From the human T2T-CHM13v2.0 reference genome, Homo sapiens: a stretch of 64,000 nt of DNA. The stretch lies in NCBI RefSeq assembly GCF_009914755.1, contig NC_060930.1; one strand, given 5' to 3'. The position numbers were made by a program, and so were the translations under genes. Below the pieces are notes generated by a model, which was not told the DNA's origin, made no database searches, and saw only the letters and a program-made list of their open reading frames with translations. The number at the start of each line of letters is the position of its first letter. Within the stretch, counting starts at the first letter, position 1. This document shows positions 13,604-25,973 of this stretch, in pieces.

Positions 13604-13990
13604 GGTACTGGCTGAATGGTGTCCCCCAGATTTCACCTTATTCAAAAGGTGTTGTTACGGATGTAGTCAGTTAACATAGGGTCACACTGGAGTTGGGTGA
13701 CCCGTGCACCTGGTGTCCTTGTGAGAGGGAGGAAGAGCATGAACACACGTGAAGGCAGCGGGAAGATGAAGGCAGAGACTGGGGGGGTGCGGCCACAAGC
13801 CAGGAGCACCAAGGGTAGATGCCACCACCGTAAACCGGGAGACACATGGAACAGGTTCTCCCTCGGAGGCCCCAAAAGGAACCCACCCTGACCCCCCTTG
13901 ACTTCAGCCTTCTGGTCTCCAGACCTGTGAGAGAATGCATTTCTGTTGTTTACAGCACGGCAGTGCAGCAGCCCCGGGAATCCATCACAC
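13604..13990 (+). mobile_element. MLT1 (B/C-like) MaLR solo LTR
   Basis: gctgaatggtgtccccca..gaaggcagagactgg..ggccacaagccaggag..tctccagacctgtgagagaatgcatttctgttg. Confidence 0.85.
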
Positions 13991-14199
13991 AACTGAAAGC
14001 CAAGCATGAGAGTTTGCCCTGGCACGAGTCAACCTCAATCAGCCCAGAGTCCCCAGCTGCTTCACATGGAATCTGGTGAGCCTGGCCCCTGCCGGCGGGT
14101 GACAGCCAGACTCAGAGACATGACTGGGCCCTTGCAGTCCTCTCCCTTGCCCACACACCATGCCCAGTGCTGCTTGAGAAAGACCCACTGTCCCTGCAG

Positions 14200-14430
14200 C
14201 TCATTCTTGAACCTCTTCTCCTTGTAGGCAAGTATTTTTCACCTACATGTCCCTCATCGTCTTCTTCTAACTTCCTGTCCAAAGCCATCAACTCCCTGGC
14301 AATTAGCCTCTCAAGCATTTTACAATATCCTTTCAGGGGTCCCCATCTACTTGTAGTATTTACAGCACAGCATCTGGCCATGGTAGATGTTTTATTAGTT
14401 GAATAAATAAATGAGTGGATAAACAAGCAA
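14200..14430 (+). mobile_element. L2 LINE 3' fragment
   Basis: agcacagcatctggccatggtagatg..gttgaataaataaatgagtggat resembles the L2 3' terminus. Confidence 0.55.
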
Positions 14431-14445
14431 ATGAGAAATAAAATA

Positions 14446-14735
14446 CAGTCATCCCTTAGTATGCACAGGAGATTGGTTCCAGGACCCCAGCAAATACCAC
14501 AACCTGCAGATGCTCAAGATGACATTGTGTGTGTGGATGATCCGCTCACAGCCTCCCACAGACTTTACATCATCCCTAGACGATCTTGTAACACCCAATA
14601 CAATGTAAACGCTGTGTAAATAGTTGCTATGCTGTCTTTTTATTTGTATTATTTTTTATTGTTGTATTGTTGTGTTTTCTGAATATTTTGGATCCAAGGT
14701 TGGTTGTGGATCCTGCAGGTTTGGAGCTCCAACTG
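14446..14735. mobile_element. MER2 (Tigger family) DNA transposon
   Basis: ta|cagtcatcccttagtat..gattggttccaggacccc ... caactg|ta; TA TSD. Confidence 0.88.
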
Positions 14736-15001
14736 TATTACTCATCTATTTATAAAATAGTTAAAGTTTCAATATGCACATGTCATCAGCAGGGGCCTCT
14801 TCCCAATCACCTTCCTTTCCTCTGTCTCCCATCCACCTACCAACACCACCCATGTTCTGTCAAAGGGGATCCAACCCAACCAGTTACTGAAGCCAAAGCA
14901 GAGGGTGGAGTGGCCAGGAAGGCTCAGCCTTCAGAGGAAAGGGAGTTCTGTGAAAGGAGAACCCAGAGAGTGCAATATTGTTCAGGGGACACCCCCATTT
15001 C

Positions 15002-15855
<854 letters not shown>

Positions 15856-16624
15856 TCAGTTTCTTATTCTGCACTTACAAGGGATTGTATACTGTCACAG
15901 CTCTGTCCGAAGGAGCAAGCATCGTTGCATTCAGTGAATTTTTAAAATTTTCTGTCAAGCTCTATGCTATGCAGGAACACTCCTTAGGTCACAGGAGCCC
16001 AGGGAGCTTCACTGCTGTCTCGCTGATCAGCCCGTCGTCATCAATACTGAATTCAGGTGCACACTGTGCTTCCTTAGTATCTGTGGTCTTTCCCGGAACA
16101 GACTCCAAAATGACCATAACAGTCACAATTCTCCCTAGGAATGTCGCATCTGTATCTTCAACATTTACCTAAGTGCCTGTCGTGTGCTAGATGCGGGAAG
16201 AAATGTAAAGATAAGGATTTTTTCCCCTTCAAAATGTGTTTAGAATCCACTTTGAGGGGTGTTTACAACCCAAAGATGAAGACACACACACACCATCCAC
16301 AATTATACAAGAGGAACTCTGGAAGGGCAGGGGTTCTGCAGAAGCGTGGGGGGTGTTCTGAGGAGGAACCTGGAGCACTGGCAGGTGATTTGACCACACC
16401 ACACAGAATAACAGCACAAACTCACATTTCCTGAGAAGCAGTCAAATGCCCCTTTAATCTAAATCTCTCCCCTAAGAATGGGTCTTAGTGACTGAAATAT
16501 GCTCATGAGCCTCGTTCCTTGAAGTCCATAATGATGCGTGCGTGATAGCAAACTAAAGACAATGTGATTCCCATTACCAACAGGCCACTCACACCAGTGA
16601 GCTTGTCCAAGCACTTTCATGCAG

Positions 16625-16927
16625 ACCCACAGGGCTCTGGGGCCTGCAGCACAGAGCAGGTGATTTAGGACTGCAGAAGGATGCAGGGATGGGGTGCGTC
16701 CCAGACATCACAGGCTCAGAAGACACCCACAGGGCTCCCTGGCATGCAGCACACAGCAGGTGACTTAGGACTGCAGAAGGATGCAGGGATGGGGTGCGTC
16801 CTGAGATCACAGGCTCAGAAGACACCCACAGGGCTCCCTGGCATGCAGCACACAGCAGGTGACTTCTTAGGACTGCAGGAGGATGCAGGGATGGGGTGCC
16901 TCCCAGAGATCACAGGCTCAGGAAACA
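16625..16927. repeat. ~100-bp tandem repeat x3
   Basis: acccacagggctc..ttaggactgcagaaggatgcagggatggggtgc..tcacaggctcag at 16625, 16725 and 16824. Confidence 0.95.
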
Positions 16928-17179
16928 CCAACAAAGAAGAAGGAAATGCCGAGGGCAGTCGTCTCCTGCTGCAGAATGCTTCCTGGAACCCCTTCTACCT
17001 GTTCTTCCCCGTCCACAGCCAACTCAACAACATTCCCTGAGTAGAAAAGTTTGCTTTTTCAGCGATGCTGGATGCTAACAGCTGGGATCCCTCTCTCAGG
17101 TTCCCTGCCCCTCAAGGAGCCACAAGAGCTGATCATTCCCATTCATCCCTAAGCCAACTGTCCATTGAGTGGCAACATT

Positions 17180-17450
17180 ACAACCAGTGGTACCCGGGAA
17201 CGTGCGCCTTCCTGGTTTGTTTTAATTCCCTCAGCATCTCTTTAATGTTAAATTTTATGTGTTCACGGCGACAACCAGTGGTACCTGGGAACATGCGCCT
17301 TCCTGGTTTGTTTTAATTCCCTCGGCATCTCTTTAATGTTAAATTTTATGTGTTCACGGCGACAACCAGTGGTACCTGGGAACATGCGCCTTCCTGGTTT
17401 GTTTTAATTCCCTCGGCATCTCTTTAATGTTAAATTTTATGTGTTCACGG
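17180..17450. repeat. 91-bp tandem repeat x3
   Basis: acaaccagtggtacc.. starts at 17180, 17271 and 17362; copies nearly identical. Confidence 0.97.
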
Positions 17451-17869
17451 GGCCAGGTCATGGTGTCCTGTTGTCTGGTCAAGCCCCGGGCTAGGTGTCG
17501 CCGTGAAGGTGTGTTTTAGATGAGATTGAAATGGAAGTCAGTCTACTTGGAATAAAGCAGAGGACCGTCCATGGTGCAGATGAGCCTCATTCAGTCTGTT
17601 GAAGGCCTTAAGAGGGAAAGTCCACAGTCCCCCGGAGTGGAAGGAATTCTGTCTCCAGGCCACCTTCAGACTCCAGACTGCAATATCAGCTCCTGCTGGA
17701 ACTGCCAGCCTGCCCACCTGCCCTACAAATTTCAGACTTGCCGGTCCCATGATTCCATAAACTAAGCCCTTAAAGTCCACCTCTCTCTGTGGGTCTTGCT
17801 CTTTATGTACGAACACACCCCTACCCACGCCCTCTCTACTCTGTTCCTCTGGAGAACCTTGACAAACAC
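17425..17869 (+). mobile_element. MLT2 (C/D-like) ERVL solo LTR
   Basis: ttaaattttatgtgt..ctcattcagtctgttgaaggccttaa..ctgccctacaaatttcagacttgcc..ctggagaaccttgacaaacaca. Confidence 0.85.
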
Positions 17870-17955
17870 AGCTCGGCTGGATGGTATAGAGTGAATCTAC
17901 TTCCCTCTTTGGCCTTTAATTTGCTTATCTATAGAATAGGGATAACATTACCTAT

Positions 17956-18141
17956 CCCTGGCAGATGAGATGGGCTCCCTGGCCCCGGCTTTGGGGAGCA
18001 TCATATGAGAAGCAAAGATCAGGCCCCAAAGAGAAGATGAAGCGCCCGAGGCCCCGTAACCAGCGCAAGGTCACACTGCTGGTTGGGAGGCAACGCCAGC
18101 TCTCTAGCACTGGTGAGCAAATGCCCGCAGGGACTAAGCTA
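17956..18141 (+). repeat. Dispersed duplication, copy A (paralog at 19545-19773)
   Basis: Shares ggctccctggcc..ggggagcatc..gatcaggcccca..cactgctggttgggaggc..ccagctctctagca..aatgcccgcagggacta. Confidence 0.92.
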
Positions 18142-18457
18142 CCTGGGGAAGACATAAATGCACTTTGTAATAAAACTTTCCCTAAAAGTTATGATTTTCA
18201 ATGTTCAATGCCCCAGAACAAATGAACGGTTCTGTTGCTTTATTTAGAGCAGGGCACAGTGGCCCCCGGGGCTGTCTTCAGACGGCCTGATGGCTGCTCT
18301 CTCCTGTCCCTCACCTCCACCAGACATGACACACTTCATCCTGCTGTTTTCAGTCCCTGCAAACATCTCTCAGGAAAACAAGCCGCATTGCACTGGAGGT
18401 AATGAATAAGGGCACGGCGACCCGGCAGCAAAGGCCCAGAGTAATTGTGAGCATATT

Positions 18458-18573
18458 CAAGCAAGCACATAGCACCCAAGACAAAGCAAGCAAGCACATA
18501 GCATTCAAGACAAAGCAAGCAAGCACATAGCACCCAAGACAAAGCAAGCAAGCACATAGCATTCAAGACAAAG
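18458..18573. repeat. 29-bp minisatellite x4 with alternating variants (58-bp dimer x2)
   Basis: caagcaagcacatagca(cc/tt)caagacaaag. Confidence 0.97.
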
Positions 18574-19109
18574 GCTTCTCAAGGTGGTGTTATTTGTTTG
18601 CAAGATGCTTGTCTGGGGCACCTTCGGGGTTGATCAGACCCTGAAGGTGAACATGTGACAGCCTGACTTCAGCTTGTCAAATACAGACAAGGCAATTGAA
18701 GGTGGCTGAAGGGTGCTGGGTCTTGTCTCCCCAGCAGGCTCTGGGCTGGCCATCCCATTGCACACCTGGACTGTGGTAGACGAGCTCCCGTTTGTCCTGC
18801 TCAGCTGTCCTGGGAACCCAGGACAGAGGTGGGCTGGGCTGACATTTCCCGAAGAGCTACTTCCCAACCAAATGGTGGGACAGCAATGGCCAGTTGCCAG
18901 CACATGGCCGGCATCCACAGATCAGCTTCGAATCAGTCTGAGTTCATACAGGAATCCATCGTGACAGATGTTTTTGCACCGCAAGGATCATGGAGAGCAG
19001 ACACAGACTCCGTGGCTGGGACAGAGCAACAGAGAACGCTGTCGCCTGAGCGCAGGAATCACCTGTCCAGTTCATCTCACCGTTCACTAAGAATATTGCG
19101 CTCCTGACC

Positions 19110-19240
19110 CAGGAGTGATTTATAAATAACAGGAGAGCCTGCTACGAATGCACATTCCTAGGCCTCCTGTTCAAGAGATCAGAGGTGGGCCTGGAATCTT
19201 CACTTTCCACCAGGGCTTCCGGTGGTGATGGTGCTGGTTG
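19110..19240. mobile_element. MER5-like hAT-Charlie fragment
   Basis: aatgcacattcctaggcctc..gtgggcctggaatctt. Confidence 0.5.
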
Positions 19241-19544
19241 TCTGCAAAATCACCCCCAAAGACAGAAGCCTTAACCCTGCCTCCTATGGATGCACCTCTT
19301 CCGGTTCAGGAGGATGCAGTTAACACAGCGTCATGGAGTGTGAGGTTGGGAAGGGTCCTTGGAACATACCCAGGATGGTTTACTTCAAATGTGGGGAGAA
19401 GAGACCACAAAGTCCTGTGTTCAAGTACAATTTTCTCTGCAGTATAAATAAATAAAACTCACAAAAGCACCTTGAAAGTGGCGGTTGGCAGGTTGGTGGA
19501 AGAAAGAGAGAGAAGAGCAGGGATGGGGCCATGCCTCCCACACT

Positions 19545-19773
19545 CCCTGGCAGTTGGGAGGGGCTCCCTGGCCCTGGCTTTGGGGAGCATCTGGCAGTTG
19601 AGAGGGGCTCCCTGGCTCCGGCTTTAGGGAGCATCACCTGAGAAGCAGTGATCAGGCCCCAACGACAGGATGAAGAGCCTGAGGCTCCGTAAGCAGCACA
19701 ATTTACACTGCTGGTTGGGAGGCGACACCAGCTCTCTAGCAGTGGTGAGCCAATGCCCGCAGGGACTAAACTA
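19545..19773 (+). repeat. Dispersed duplication, copy B, with an internal ~43-bp tandem duplication
   Basis: Same motifs as copy A; ctggcagttg..ggctccctgg..gggagcatc occurs twice. Confidence 0.92.
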
Positions 19774-20039
19774 GCCTGATACACCACCCCGAGAGAGCCT
19801 CCCGCCAGAGGGAGAGCACGTGCCGGCCCACAGCTACATGGGAGATTCCCTGTCCCCTCCATTTCTGAAATGGATCCAAGCCGTCACTATAACGGGCAGA
19901 CATTTGGACAGAACTTCAAAACCAACACAATCAGAAAGTAATCATTTTTCCCTTCCTGAATGAGCTCCTCCCCCTGAGCTTCCTGTGTCTCTCGTCCACT
20001 CTCCTCGAGTCGGGATCCACAGAAGCTTCTGGAAGAAGT

Positions 20040-20190
20040 GTTGTGTAGAAGTGAAGAGCCTGGTTTAGAATCAGAAGACGGATTTTGAAGCTTGGCTGCA
20101 CTGCTTATTGGCTCTGTAAGCACTGTCAAGTCACCCAGCTTCACTGGACAGCAGCTTCCTCAGCTACAGAAAGGAATGAATAAAACCATG
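20040..20190 (+). mobile_element. MIR SINE
   Basis: gaagagcctggtttagaatcagaagac..cagcttcctcagctacagaaaggaatgaataa. Confidence 0.65.
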
Positions 20191-20299
20191 TTCATGGTAT
20201 CCGTGTTTGGACACACTCCACAGATATCCGCCAAGTGCCCGCCACATGCCACGCAGCAATCACAGACACTTCGTCAGTGTTATCTTTCCTGCTGCCCCC

Positions 20300-20830
20300 T
20301 CCTTCCCCTGCAGCATCCCTGGGTCTTACCAGCCTCCCCCTTGCTGTCCACTCATTCCCTTGTTCTCCATTGTCCCTGCTGCCTCAATCATCCAGTTCCT
20401 GGTTTTCCATTTTTATGCCAAAGAATAGCTCTGTCCCTGGCTTCAAGACACTCCATTTTCATCACACCTCCTCAATCATTATGCATTTTCAAGTGGCTCC
20501 TCGTTACCTAGTGGTTAAAAACCAGCTTCCCAACCAGGCTTTCAAGAATATCCATGATCTGATTCTACCTTATAGACCGGCGTCACCTCCCTTCCTCCCT
20601 GATACCACTAAGCACTAACTGCACCACCTCCTGCTCCCTCCTGCCTGTGTCCGGGGAATCCCAGCACCACACCTCTGCTCAGGCCAACCCCTCTCCCAGA
20701 AATGCCCTCCCTGCCTCATATCCAAACATCTTGCCTCCTGGAATCAGCTCAGGTTGTGCCTCCTGCATTCTCACTGATACCCTCTGGCCTGACTCCTTCA
20801 TATGTGTATCCTTGAGGCCTCATAAGCCGT
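20300..20830 (+). mobile_element. L2 LINE fragment
   Basis: aagtggctcctcgttaccta..ggctttcaagaatatccatgatctg..cagaaatgccctccc. Confidence 0.55.
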
Positions 20831-20887
20831 ATTTCAGAACAGGGAGGCCTCCAAACCAATGGGCCAGTATTCAAATTAACATTCAGC

Positions 20888-21360
20888 TCCTCCGAGTCCA
20901 TCTGTGTGGTCAAAAATGGCAGAATCTCCTTTTTTAAGGCTGAGTAATACGCCATCGTGTGTGTGTGTGTGTGTCTGTGTGTGACAATTTATTTTGCTAA
21001 GTGAAATATATAGGAAGTGAAGAAAATATAAACAAAAACACAGGAAGAAAAATGCTACCTGACCCCACTTATATGTGAAATGCAAAGAGGCTGAAGACAC
21101 AGAAGCAGAGAGAAGGTGGCGACCAGAGCTTGGAGGTGGGAGATGGGGAGATGTTGGTGAAAAGGCACAGAGCTGCAGCTGTGTGGAGACCTACTGCGCA
21201 GCACCAGGCCTGCTGCTGCTGACAGCGTCCATGCGCTCACCGTGGTGATCCTTCCACAATGTGTCACATCAGCACATCATATACTTTAAATACACACGCA
21301 TCATACACTTTAAATACATGCAGTGTTATTTGTCAATTATACCTCAGTAAAGCTAAAACA
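20888..21360 (+). mobile_element. L1MA/MB-like 3' end with inverted 5' segment (20888-20983 antisense; ~20990-21360 sense)
   Basis: Antisense aatggcagaatctccttttttaaggctgagtaat, then sense tgctaagtgaaata..ggggagatgttggt..tgtcaattatacctcagtaaagct. Confidence 0.85.
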
Positions 21361-24289
21361 TTTTTTATTTAATTTTAAAAATTAAGTTCCTATATTTATT
21401 AGCAGCTCTCAAAGAGCATTAAAGGGAATCCAGTTCATAGCTACAAACCTTCTAAACAATTCCTATTTCTCTCCTTCCCAATCCCCTTTCCTCCTGGAGT
21501 CCCCAGACCCTTCCACTCTCTGAACTTACTCTCAACAATGTCCCGGGTCACCCCCGGGATTTCCCATACAGGGGTCTCTTCCTCCTTCCTGCCCCACACC
21601 TCACCCCTGAGCCTGCGCCAGATCCCCCAAGACGGCTGGAAGATCCCAAACCTCCACGATCCCTCTTGGGGTCTCACTCCACTGGAATGAAGCTGGGAGC
21701 TCCCTGGAAACTGTATTTTTTCCTGTCATCTCATGAGAAGCCCCCATGTGAATTTCTAGTAAATAATATCCTTCGTCTCATTACAAATTTATTGTCTGTA
21801 ACGTTCCATTGTGACAGTGGATCCCACCCTGTCCTATGGCAACTGAATGGCCTCTTGCATAAGCCTTTTCTTCCCAAACACACTGTGAGCTCCTGAGAGG
21901 AGCAGGATGAGTCTTGTTTCCTGGGAGGCCCTGTCACAGCCCACACCACGCATCGAGGGCATGGTAGAGTCCGACGGAGCCGAGCAGAAGGAAGCAGTGC
22001 CTGCTGGAGCCGGGAGGGACGCACACCTCGTCTTCACCATACCATGCAACCCTACAACATTGCACATTAAATCACATCACGGCAAGACATGAGTTATTTA
22101 CAGGTCACAAAAGAATGCCGGTGCAATTGAACAGTAACTAGAATAGGCCGTGTGATTTCCTTCACCACCAAATTCTCAGACTGTCATTAAACACATAGGA
22201 CACAATACAATTCAGCGTGAATTCAGACATCTGTGAAAAATCCTTCGTGGGAGTGGGAGTGACTGGGATCCCGTACGTAGGGTGCATAGTACGTGCCTAC
22301 ACGTACAGCTGGAGCCCAGAATTTTAAAATAACAATGTGAACATCTGACGTAGGAATTGTGGCTTCTTCTGGATGAGCAGGCTTTAAATGCCACGCTCTG
22401 TTGGGTGCTTTCTGGGGCCAGAAATCTTGCAAATCAGGGTTTTCTCCAAGGTTCCCATTGAGTTACATGTCACAGGCCCAGTCAGCATATATTTATTGAC
22501 CAATTAATGTTGCAGGAATATTTACAACTGCTGAACTCCTCAAGTCAGGCATTTCCCCACGATTACTATTTCAAAGTATAATCTTTTCAACTTTCTTTTA
22601 AGGGAGGCTGACATTATGCAATTAAATATAACGTGACACGGTGCAATGCTGTTATTTTGTGGGAAAAGTTTTAAAAATGCTATAAAGGGAAAACATTCCA
22701 ATTTGGTATGAGATTGCAGCAGATTCTGATAACAGTGCCTATCCTATGTTCCAAAGGCAAACCAGCGCATCTCACTCAGAGTTTTTTGAGGCCTATAAGC
22801 AAGATGTCAACATAATTTTGTAAAAAGTGAATCTGCACAGGAGGCACCAGAATCCCACTCAACAAACACCAAGAAAAGTCTTGCTGGCTTCATTCATGCT
22901 GGGATTGGCCGTGCGTTGCAAGCAGCATGACAGAAGTTAGGGCAAGTGAGTCCACGAATGCGTCCTGGTCTCTGTGTGGACAGCGAAGTGTGTCTCCTGG
23001 AAAGCGCTCTTCAGTTCGGATCCCCACACACCTGGGGAAAGAGCTGGTGAGTTCTTCAGGGGGATAGTGATGGGCATCATGATTCAGAGCACTGACAATC
23101 AATGTTGAATAAAATAGGTCCAAGGATTAAGCCCCAGGACAAGCCAGAAATCTTCAGAGTCGACATACCCCTATCAGATATAACTGTTCAGCCAGCTCTG
23201 AACAGTTACTCAGGTGTGTGAATATTCAGGTGTGTGAATTATTTCTAACCTACATTTCTCCATCTTGTCCTCAGGGAGACTGAGAGCCTGGCTGGAGTTA
23301 AGAGGCAGTGAAGCTCCCACACCTCCCAAGCCTGTTCGCACAGGAAATGAGGTCACCTTGGCATGGCTGTTTAAGTGAGCCAATGCTTGTTGCTTTCGTT
23401 TCTAGAATTTTCCAAGACATCTTTTTACATCTAAACTAAAATTGTCCACAGATAGACAGCGTTCACTCATCTGTGGTCTCCATGCAACCTTATTCCCATC
23501 TCGAAGGCCACACCATCTGTCCATCTCTTTTGTTCTGCTGTCTTCTCTCATTCCTCAAGATTCCACAGGGATTACCTCCAAGGGCTTGGCCATCTCATTT
23601 CTAAGATCTTTTAGATCTTCTGGGTCTCACAGCTTAAACTTCCTTATAGACAGCAGATGCCACATATTACTTTCTATTTGAGATTTCAGTTCTCTCAAGT
23701 TTGCTCTGCCCTTTCTGTTTGAAGACCATATTTACATAAAGGAGATGGAAAAGAAAGTAGAAATTGAGTCATTCCAGCTTCTTCTCCATCTGTTAACATC
23801 ATACCATCTGCCCCTTGCTTCTTGCATTAAACAAAACAAAGCAACACAGAGTCTCAGACGATTCTAGACGAAAGCAATGTGGCCCTAGAAGTGGATAAGA
23901 AGAATGCAGCCAAAGGTTTTATGAGTTCCTAAAGGCAGAAGAGAGGCTAGGGTGCTGGCTTGGACTCCCTGCAGACCCCAGACACAAGGGGAGCCTGTCT
24001 CACTCTCCAGCTCTCTCCACGTGCCTGCAACAACTGCTTGTTCTCACTAGAGGGGAAGGAAAGAGCAGGAGACCCAGGAATGACCCCGGAGGACACGGCA
24101 GGACCCAGCCTAACTCCTTCACCTTCTCCAACGTAAAATGGAAGCTGCAAACTGCTGAGAGGGCAGGAAACCCTCCTCAGCCCCAGATCCCAAGCAGAGA
24201 CCTGTGCATCCTAGTGAGGGGAAAGCATCCACCCTCTGCCTCTGAGCAATCAATGCAGAAGCTCTGGAAGGGATGACTGGTGAGCTCAC

Positions 24290-25065
24290 AGGTTACATAC
24301 AACGGAATTATAAAAATATGCTCGATGAATCCAAAAGAAGGCAGAAAAAGAGAAAAAAAGAACAAAGGACAAATAGGACACTGCCACAACAATGATCACA
24401 CAAAACATAAGCTGTCTGAATATTCCAATGAAAAGGCAGAGATCATCTGAGCAGATTAAAAACACGAGACCCACCCATACACCGCCTGTCGGAAACCTAC
24501 TTTAGAAGACAGCTGGGCAGTGCCCTGGACAGTTAGATGCCATCTTTACATAGAACACAGCATACTATTCTAGGCATTTACCCAGGAGGAATGAAAACAT
24601 ATGTTCATGCAAGTCCTGTATATGAACATCTAAAAGCAGATTTATTCACAATAAAAACAAAAACTGAAAACAATGCCAATGTCCATCCACTGGGAGTGGA
24701 AAAACAAATTGCAGTCTCTCTGCTGTGGAGTGCTATTCTGTAGTAAAAAGGAGCAGCTACTCTTGCACACAGTAGCACGGGTGCTCTCAGCGGCAGTGTG
24801 CCAGGACACTAGACACAGAGGAACACACGCTACATGATTCCATTTTCATGCCCTTGTGAAAAAGACAAAACCACAGAGGCAGAACTCAGATCAGTGTTTG
24901 TCAGGGGCTGGGAACAGGAGGATGTTGATCCAATGCAAAGGGCCTGAGGAAACTTTGTAAAGGGTGGAATATTCTAACCTGGTTACATGAGTACACACCA
25001 CACTCATCAAATTATATACTAGAAAAGTGTGCATTGTACTGTGTGCAAATGATACCTCAATATGC
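24290..25065 (+). mobile_element. Old L1M fragments (ORF1/ORF2 junction plus L1MB/ME-like 3' end)
   Basis: ccaatgaaaaggcagagat..; ctaggcatttacccagga..aatgaaaacatatgttca; tacatgattccatttt; gatacctcaat. Confidence 0.75.
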
Positions 25066-25845
25066 AAAAATACTTAGGTCATTGTTTTGAAAACTTAATG
25101 GGATTTACCTTTCGCTATCTTGCTGGTGTTCATGAAACACTGTTAACTGATTGACTATAAGGAGGTCATTTGAGGGCAGTGGTTCTCTTAGACTAGGACA
25201 CTGTGCATGTTCTGCTTGTACCTTCCCATGCAAATTCATCTTTCTGCAGAGAGTTAGCCAGTGAGCTTTTTGTCTGAGGCTCTTACTACTAAAAGAAAAA
25301 CCAGGAGCTGAGCTAGAGCACCCAGAAGCATCCCCTTAGAATGAAATCTGGGAACAAGAAACAGTCGTGAATCATTTGGCCTGTTTTCACATGCCATTGC
25401 TTTCAGCGGGAAGTTAAGCTTGAGTTTGCAAGATCAAAGTCCTTTTCATCCTGCTGGTCCACCTGGAAGCTGTGGTTGCTAAGAGAGACCCAGACCCAGG
25501 AATCTGGAGCTGTGGAAGCAAACTGTCAATCTCCTGAGCTGGTACCAAAAGCGCCCCGCATGCCCGGCCCCTTGGCTCTCACTCGGATGCATCCTTTTGC
25601 CCTCTGTCATCCTTCCTCCACATGACACGGCGACAGAGAAAACAGTAATTTAAAGAGAACTAGAAGGACCTTCGAGGAATGGAGAAGCATCTGTCTTACA
25701 CACATAAGCTGCTTGAAAATCAAACCTGCCACCAGGCTTGCGTGTTCTTGGAGAGAGACAATGTGGAAATGGCATCAGAGTTTCTGCCTTATGGATAAGC
25801 AGAGGTCTCGTGAAGAAAGGCCAGTGCCTGCCACTTTCAGGTAAA

Positions 25846-25973
25846 AAGGAAGGTATTGCCAAAATACACTCTGTGGTTGTAAAGGTAATTTCTGGGGTGA
25901 GAAATCCTTAAGGAAGGTACTGCCGAAATACACTCTGTGGTTGCAGAGGTAATTTCTGGAGTGAGAAATCTTT
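25846..25973. repeat. 64-bp tandem duplication
   Basis: aaggaaggta.tgcc.aaatacactctgtggttg..ggtaatttctgg.gtgagaaatc at 25846 and 25910. Confidence 0.93.

Noticed and set aside
14112-14426. Coiled-coil-looking ORF (LIARELMALDRKLEEDD)
   Set aside because: Overlaps an L2-like fragment; no convincing splice sites or recognised homolog.
16625-18573. CRISPR-like repeat arrays
   Set aside because: Head-to-tail tandem units without unique spacers, eukaryotic context, no cas genes.
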